Source: Gemmatimonadales bacterium
GTDB taxonomy: Bacteria > Gemmatimonadota > Gemmatimonadetes > Gemmatimonadales > GWC2-71-9
Length of the DNA: 64,000 nucleotides
Assembly: GCA_037189525.1 (NCBI GenBank)
Contig: JBBCJC010000002.1
Span: forward strand, 1,088,001-1,152,000
Direction of reading: 5' to 3'
Part shown: positions 59,582 through 64,000 of the stretch, piece after piece
How the letters are laid out: every line of letters starts with the position of its first letter
Position numbering within the stretch: the stretch's first letter is position 1
Program-made: the position numbers and the translations under genes
Notes under the pieces: model-generated
What the model was told of the DNA's origin: nothing
The model's database searches: none
The model's input: only the letters and a program-made list of their open reading frames with translations

Positions 59582-61204
59582 ATGTCCAATACTATCCCGA
59601 CCCCGATCAACGAACCCGTGCTGTCCTATGCGCCGGGTACGCCGGAACGCGCTGCCATCAAGGCTGCCCTCAAGGAAATTGGCGGCCAGGTCGCCGACAT
59701 CCCGCTGATCATCGGCGGCAAGGAGATTCGCACCGGGACCACGGTGCCGATCGTGTCGCCGCACCGGCACGCGCACGTCCTTGGTAACGTCCACCAGGCC
59801 GGCCCCAAGGAAATTGCCCAGGCGGTGCAGGCCTCCGAGCGAGCCTATCGCGATTGGTCGACCTGGTCGCTCGAAGATCGCGCTGCCGTCTTCATCCGCG
59901 CTGCCGACCTGCTGGCCGGTCCCTGGCGCCAGGTGCTCAACGCCTCGACCATGCTCGGCCAGAGCAAGACGATTTTTCAGGCCGAGATCGATGCGGCTTG
60001 CGAACTGATCGATTTCTGGCGCTTCAATGTCGCCTTTGCGGCGGACATCAATGCCCAGCAGCCGCTCTCGGTGCCCGGGATGTGGAACCGGATGGAATAT
60101 CGGCCGCTCGAGGGATTCATCTACGCCATTTCGCCCTTCAACTTCACCGCGATCGGCGGCAATCTCGCCGGAGCCCCCGCATTGCTCGGCAATACAGTGG
60201 TCTGGAAGCCGGCGGCGACCGCCGCGTTGAGCGGGTACTACATCATGAAGTTGCTGGAGGCAGCCGGCCTGCCGCCCGGCGTGATCAACTTCGTGCCCGG
60301 TAACGCTGCCACGGTATCCGATCGCGTCCTGTCGGATCGCCGGTTGGCGGGTATCCACTTCACCGGCTCCACCGCCGTGTTCCAGTCGCTCTGGCGCACC
60401 GTGGGCGAGCGGATCGGTGAGTACGCCACCTATCCGCGCCTGGTGGGCGAAACCGGCGGGAAGGACTTCGTGCTGGCTCATCCGAGCGCCGACCCCGCCG
60501 CGCTCGCCGTGGGACTGGTGCGCGGCGCCTTCGAGTACCAGGGACAGAAGTGCAGCGCCGCCTCGCGTGCCTACATTCCGCAGAGTCTGTGGCCGGAAGT
60601 CCGCGACCGCGCCGTCGCGATGATCGCGGAACTCAAGATGGGCGACGTTGCCGACTTCCGGAATTTTCTGGGAGCGGTGATCGATGCCCGCTCCTTCGGT
60701 AAGCTCAAGGGCTACCTCGAACAGGCCAAGAAAGATCGCGGTGTCACCGTGCTGGCCGGTGGCGGCGCCGACGACAAGAAGGGCTACTTCGTCGAGCCGA
60801 CCCTGCTTCAGGTCAAGGACGCCCGCTATCGTACCATGTGCGAAGAGCTGTTCGGACCGGTTCTGACCGCCTACGTCTACAAAGACGAGGAGTGGAAGGA
60901 CACCTTGAAGCTGGTGGATTCGACCAGTCCCTACGCGTTGACCGGTGCCGTCTTTGCGAGAGACCGTTCGGCCATTGCCGATGCGCACAAGGCGTTGCGC
61001 CATGCCGCCGGCAATTTCTATATCAACGACAAGCCCACCGGCGCGGTGGTCGGGCAGCAGCCCTTCGGCGGCGCCCGGGCCAGCGGCACCAACGACAAGG
61101 CTGGTTCGTTCCTGAATCTGATCCGGTGGCTTTCGCCGCGGACCATCAAGGAAACGATGGTGCCGCCGACCGACTATCGCTATCCGTTCATGGCGGGCCA
61201 GTAA
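59582..61204 (+). CDS. pruA: L-glutamate gamma-semialdehyde (P5C) dehydrogenase
   Basis: NEP..SYAPG, AEIDAACELIDF, SPFNFTAI, FTGST, GETGGK, YQGQKCSA, NDKPTGAVVGQQPFGG. Confidence 0.96.
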   Translation: MSNTIPTPINEPVLSYAPGTPERAAIKAALKEIGGQVADIPLIIGGKEIRTGTTVPIVSPHRHAHVLGNVHQAGPKEIAQAVQASERAYRDWSTWSLEDRAAVFIRAADLLAGPWRQVLNASTMLGQSKTIFQAEIDAACELIDFWRFNVAFAADINAQQPLSVPGMWNRMEYRPLEGFIYAISPFNFTAIGGNLAGAPALLGNTVVWKPAATAALSGYYIMKLLEAAGLPPGVINFVPGNAATVSDRVLSDRRLAGIHFTGSTAVFQSLWRTVGERIGEYATYPRLVGETGGKDFVLAHPSADPAALAVGLVRGAFEYQGQKCSAASRAYIPQSLWPEVRDRAVAMIAELKMGDVADFRNFLGAVIDARSFGKLKGYLEQAKKDRGVTVLAGGGADDKKGYFVEPTLLQVKDARYRTMCEELFGPVLTAYVYKDEEWKDTLKLVDSTSPYALTGAVFARDRSAIADAHKALRHAAGNFYINDKPTGAVVGQQPFGGARASGTNDKAGSFLNLIRWLSPRTIKETMVPPTDYRYPFMAGQ

Positions 61205-61221
61205 CGCGCCTGCCGTCGACG

Positions 61222-62022
61222 ATGTTTCGCGCCCCGTTCCTGCTCTCCGTCGTGGTCGCCACGGCGGCGGCTGCGCTCTCTGCGCAGGAACGGGGCGCGA
61301 TGCATTATCAGGCCGAGCCGCTGAGCTGCGCGGCGTTCAAGGAGAGCGTCCGGACCGTGTTGCGCGGCGAATCCGGTACCGCGTCCGTGCGCAACGGGGC
61401 CGGGCGCGAGGGCGTCCTGCTCGTTACGGCTCGCGATTCGATCGGTGCGCTGGCCCTCGACGCCTGGTATGACTCGCTGATTGTCTGGCGGGAAACCGAA
61501 GCGGGGCGAGAGACGCCTGATCTGGACGGCTTCCTGGGCGGTCGGTACCGCGGTCTGCTGGCATCCGATGGCCGCTATGAAACCATCCGGATGCCGTTCG
61601 TGCCGAACGAGGTCGCCGACATTGCGGACCTGGCGCCCGTGCTCGAAGACTTCTTTCCCCGGTTGCCCGACCGGGAACTCGCCGTCGGAGCCCAATGGAC
61701 CGACTCGGGGTTCACCATTCGCCGCGATCGCGACCATCGGGCCGGCGGCGAAGCCCGGCATCGGTACGCCTGGACCACCACCAGCCGGTATGGCGATCGC
61801 TATCCCGCCGCGGACTCGCTCGAGGTGACCATCGATCAGGTGGTGCGCGAGGAAGGGCAGTTGCTCTGGTCGCCACGGTTCGGACCGCTGACCTGGTCGC
61901 GAACCATTGCCATCACCGCGCGGATTCCCGCAACGGGAGGCGTCAAACGCTCGCTGCGCTCGACGATCGAGCAGCGCATCGAAGTGGTCCGGCTGTTCGA
62001 TCCGCCCCCGTCCTGTCGCTGA
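61222..62022 (+). CDS. Secreted hypothetical protein
   Basis: Signal peptide ending LSA-Q; FFPRLP...L.VG.QWTD; fills the gap between pruA and the nitrilase. Confidence 0.72.
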   Translation: MFRAPFLLSVVVATAAAALSAQERGAMHYQAEPLSCAAFKESVRTVLRGESGTASVRNGAGREGVLLVTARDSIGALALDAWYDSLIVWRETEAGRETPDLDGFLGGRYRGLLASDGRYETIRMPFVPNEVADIADLAPVLEDFFPRLPDRELAVGAQWTDSGFTIRRDRDHRAGGEARHRYAWTTTSRYGDRYPAADSLEVTIDQVVREEGQLLWSPRFGPLTWSRTIAITARIPATGGVKRSLRSTIEQRIEVVRLFDPPPSCR

Positions 62023-62042
62023 TCTCGAACCAAGGTTTCATC

Positions 62043-62978
62043 ATGTCCATCGTGCGTGCCGCTGTCGTGCAGGAAGCGCCTCAGGCGTTCGAACTGGGAG
62101 CCACACTCGACCGGTTCCAGGCGCGCGTGGCCGAAGCAGCCCGTCAGGGAGCGCAACTGGTCGTCTTTCCCGAGGCGTTCATCGGAGGGTACCCCAAGGG
62201 CGTCGATTTCGGTGCGCGGGTCGGGATGCGCTCGGACGAGGGCCGCGAACTGTTCAGCCGCTATTGGGACGCCGCCATCGACGTGCCCGGACCCGTCACC
62301 GAGATCCTGGCGAGTGCGGCAGGTGAGCATGGGTTGGTGCTGGTCGTTGGCGTGATCGAGCGCGACGGAGGCACCCTCTATTGCACCGCCCTCTACTTCT
62401 CGGCGGAAGGCGTCATGCTCGGCCGGCATCGGAAGCTGATGCCGACGGCCATGGAGCGGATCATCTGGGGCTTCGGCGACGGCTCCACCCTCGAAGTCTT
62501 CGATACCACCCTCGGTAAGCTGGGCGCCGTGATCTGCTGGGAGAACTACATGCCCCAACTGCGGACCGCCATGTATGCCCAGGGTATCCAGTTGTACTGC
62601 GCACCAACCGTTGACGATCGCGAGATCTGGGCCGCCAGCATGCGTCACATTGCGCGCGAAGGACGCTGCTTCGTGCTCTCGGCCTGCCAGCACGCCCGCC
62701 GGAGCGACTATCCGGCCGACTACGCCCCGATCCAGGGCGACGATCCCGACGCGCGGTTGATTCGCGGGGGGAGTCTGATCGTCGATCCGATGGGGACGGT
62801 GCTGGCCGGTCCGGTCTACGACGAATCGACCGTACTGGTGGCAGACCTCGACCTGAGCCAGATCGCTAAGGGGAAGTACGACTTCGATCCGGTCGGTCAT
62901 TATGCCCGCCCCGATATCTTTTCGCTGACGGTCGAGACGCGTCCGCAGACTCCGGTTCGATTTTCGTCGGGCGGCTGA
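62043..62978 (+). CDS. Nitrilase (carbon-nitrogen hydrolase, branch 1)
   Basis: FPEAFIGGYP, HRKLMPT..ER..WG.GDG, ICWENYMP, FDPVGHYARPD. Confidence 0.93.
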   Translation: MSIVRAAVVQEAPQAFELGATLDRFQARVAEAARQGAQLVVFPEAFIGGYPKGVDFGARVGMRSDEGRELFSRYWDAAIDVPGPVTEILASAAGEHGLVLVVGVIERDGGTLYCTALYFSAEGVMLGRHRKLMPTAMERIIWGFGDGSTLEVFDTTLGKLGAVICWENYMPQLRTAMYAQGIQLYCAPTVDDREIWAASMRHIAREGRCFVLSACQHARRSDYPADYAPIQGDDPDARLIRGGSLIVDPMGTVLAGPVYDESTVLVADLDLSQIAKGKYDFDPVGHYARPDIFSLTVETRPQTPVRFSSGG

Positions 62979-62991
62979 CCTGTCGAAAGCC

Positions 62992-63031
62992 CGGGCGGCC
63001 TTGTGTCCTTTGGAAGGCCGCCCGTATGTTT
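62992..63031 (+). terminator. Intrinsic terminator
   Basis: CGGGCGGCCTT/AAGGCCGCCCG stem followed by TATGTTT. Confidence 0.6.
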
Positions 63032-63059
63032 CCGTAACCTCAGCCGGGGAGTCCACCAG

Positions 63060-64000
63060 ATGTCGGATGGGTTCCGAAGCTCTGACGAGTACGACGAACA
63101 AGCCCACCAGCTGTACAATCAAGGCCGCTACGACGAAGCGCTTGCGATCCTGAAGGACGGGCTCGCCGTGTATCCGTCTGCCGTCGAACTGTATGTCGGC
63201 GCCGGATATGCCTATCTGGCCCGGGAGGAGTACGCCTGGTCGCGCGGCGCCTTTGCCCAGGCATTGACGCTGGAACCCGACCACGAGGACGCGCTGGCCG
63301 GCTTCGGCGAGGTGCAGCTTCGCATCGGCGATGGCGTCGCTGCCCGTCAGGCATTCGACCGGGTCCTGGAACTGGGCTTTGCCGAAGACCACGATCTGAT
63401 GCTGCAGATCGGCCGCGCCCTCTTCCGCGACGGCGAACTGGTGCAGGCCCATCGGTTCTTCGAGCTCGCGGCCAGCGCCGATACCGACTGCGAAGAGGCG
63501 GCGGCCTGCATGGGCTACGTCTCACACCGGCTGGGCCGGGAAGGCGCCGCGATTTTCTGGCTGCGCCGAGCCCTGGCCATCGATCCGACCTTTGCCGAGC
63601 CCAGAATTTACCTCGCCAACCTGCTCTACGATCGGGGCGAAACGGCGGCTGCGCTGATCCATTTCGAGCGCACCGACCCGGAGGAGCATTTCGACGAGCT
63701 CGGCCTGTTCCGGGTCATCGAATTGAAGCGGACCTTTTTCCGGCTGGCTGAGGACGATACCAGCCTGGAGCCATGGTTTCAGCGCGTCTCCGATCTCCTC
63801 GGAGAGCCCGACCCCGTCGACGAACTGCTCGCGGAAATCGAAGCGATCCAGAGCGACGGCACCTTGCGTGATCCCACCCAGCTCGAGCTCTTCGGGACCA
63901 TGCTGGTCGAGTTGCAGCAGATGCAGCGCCGCCCGGGCCAGCGCAGCGATCATCACCAGATCATCACCCTCGCCGGACACGCCCTCCGCGGGACGTGGGA
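63060..64000 (+). CDS. Tetratricopeptide repeat protein (truncated by window end)
   Basis: Translated by hand: MSDGFRSSDEYDEQAHQLYNQGRYDEAL.ILKDGL.VYP...GYAYLAREEY.W...AF..AL.LEPDH.DAL.G; frame appears open to the end; GGGGAG SD. Confidence 0.85.
   Translation, partial: MSDGFRSSDEYDEQAHQLYNQGRYDEALAILKDGLAVYPSAVELYVGAGYAYLAREEYAWSRGAFAQALTLEPDHEDALAGFGEVQLRIGDGVAARQAFDRVLELGFAEDHDLMLQIGRALFRDGELVQAHRFFELAASADTDCEEAAACMGYVSHRLGREGAAIFWLRRALAIDPTFAEPRIYLANLLYDRGETAAALIHFERTDPEEHFDELGLFRVIELKRTFFRLAEDDTSLEPWFQRVSDLLGEPDPVDELLAEIEAIQSDGTLRDPTQLELFGTMLVELQQMQRRPGQRSDHHQIITLAGHALRGTW

Noticed and set aside
61836..63980. Minus-strand ORFs of 538, 161 and 152 aa
   Set aside because: Shadows of the nitrilase and of the plus-strand TPR gene, which the ORF track missed because it lacks a stop in the window.

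Overview
High-GC bacterial chromosomal window, densely coding, about 54 CDS. I saw no rRNA, tRNA, CRISPR array or transposase. The gene content (a SusC/SusD pair in a high-GC diderm, an actinobacterial-type Sdh1 succinate dehydrogenase, many signal-peptide proteins) suggests Gemmatimonadota; this is inference, not a database result. Left to right: (1) the 3' part of a catecholate siderophore cluster (entC-E-B-aryl carrier-F-A plus its own DAHP synthase); (2) a ThrE exporter; (3) a CxxC/RAPP leader ORF ahead of a ZnuD-like TonB-dependent receptor and a His-rich lipoprotein; (4) SDR, GAF-only protein, CopZ, DoxX and the Sdh1 operon; (5) EamA, ndh, queG, VOC and a serine hydrolase; (6) a minus-strand AraC-linked uptake/catabolism locus (amidohydrolase, AraC, S41-like protein, APC permease, divergent SHMT-fold enzyme, SusC, SusD, NTF2-like lipoprotein); (7) dacB, acyl-CoA dehydrogenase, vWA, MliC and an Ig-like lipoprotein; (8) yitJ and metH, each with a near-identical SAM-II riboswitch, flanking an ArsR-SRPBCC cassette; (9) prolyl oligopeptidase and yggU/yggT; (10) a second leader ORF (CPHC...PPTPPP) ahead of a beta-barrel and a duplicated His/Met-rich helical protein; (11) pruA, nitrilase and a truncated TPR gene. 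The most interesting signal is the two independent exported, Cys-motif, proline-tailed leader peptides. In each, the 3' mRNA can base-pair with the downstream Shine-Dalgarno, so both are candidate metal-sensing ribosome-arrest switches, and the second controls an uncharacterised operon. All functional calls come from motif recognition by eye; start codons are my best choice.
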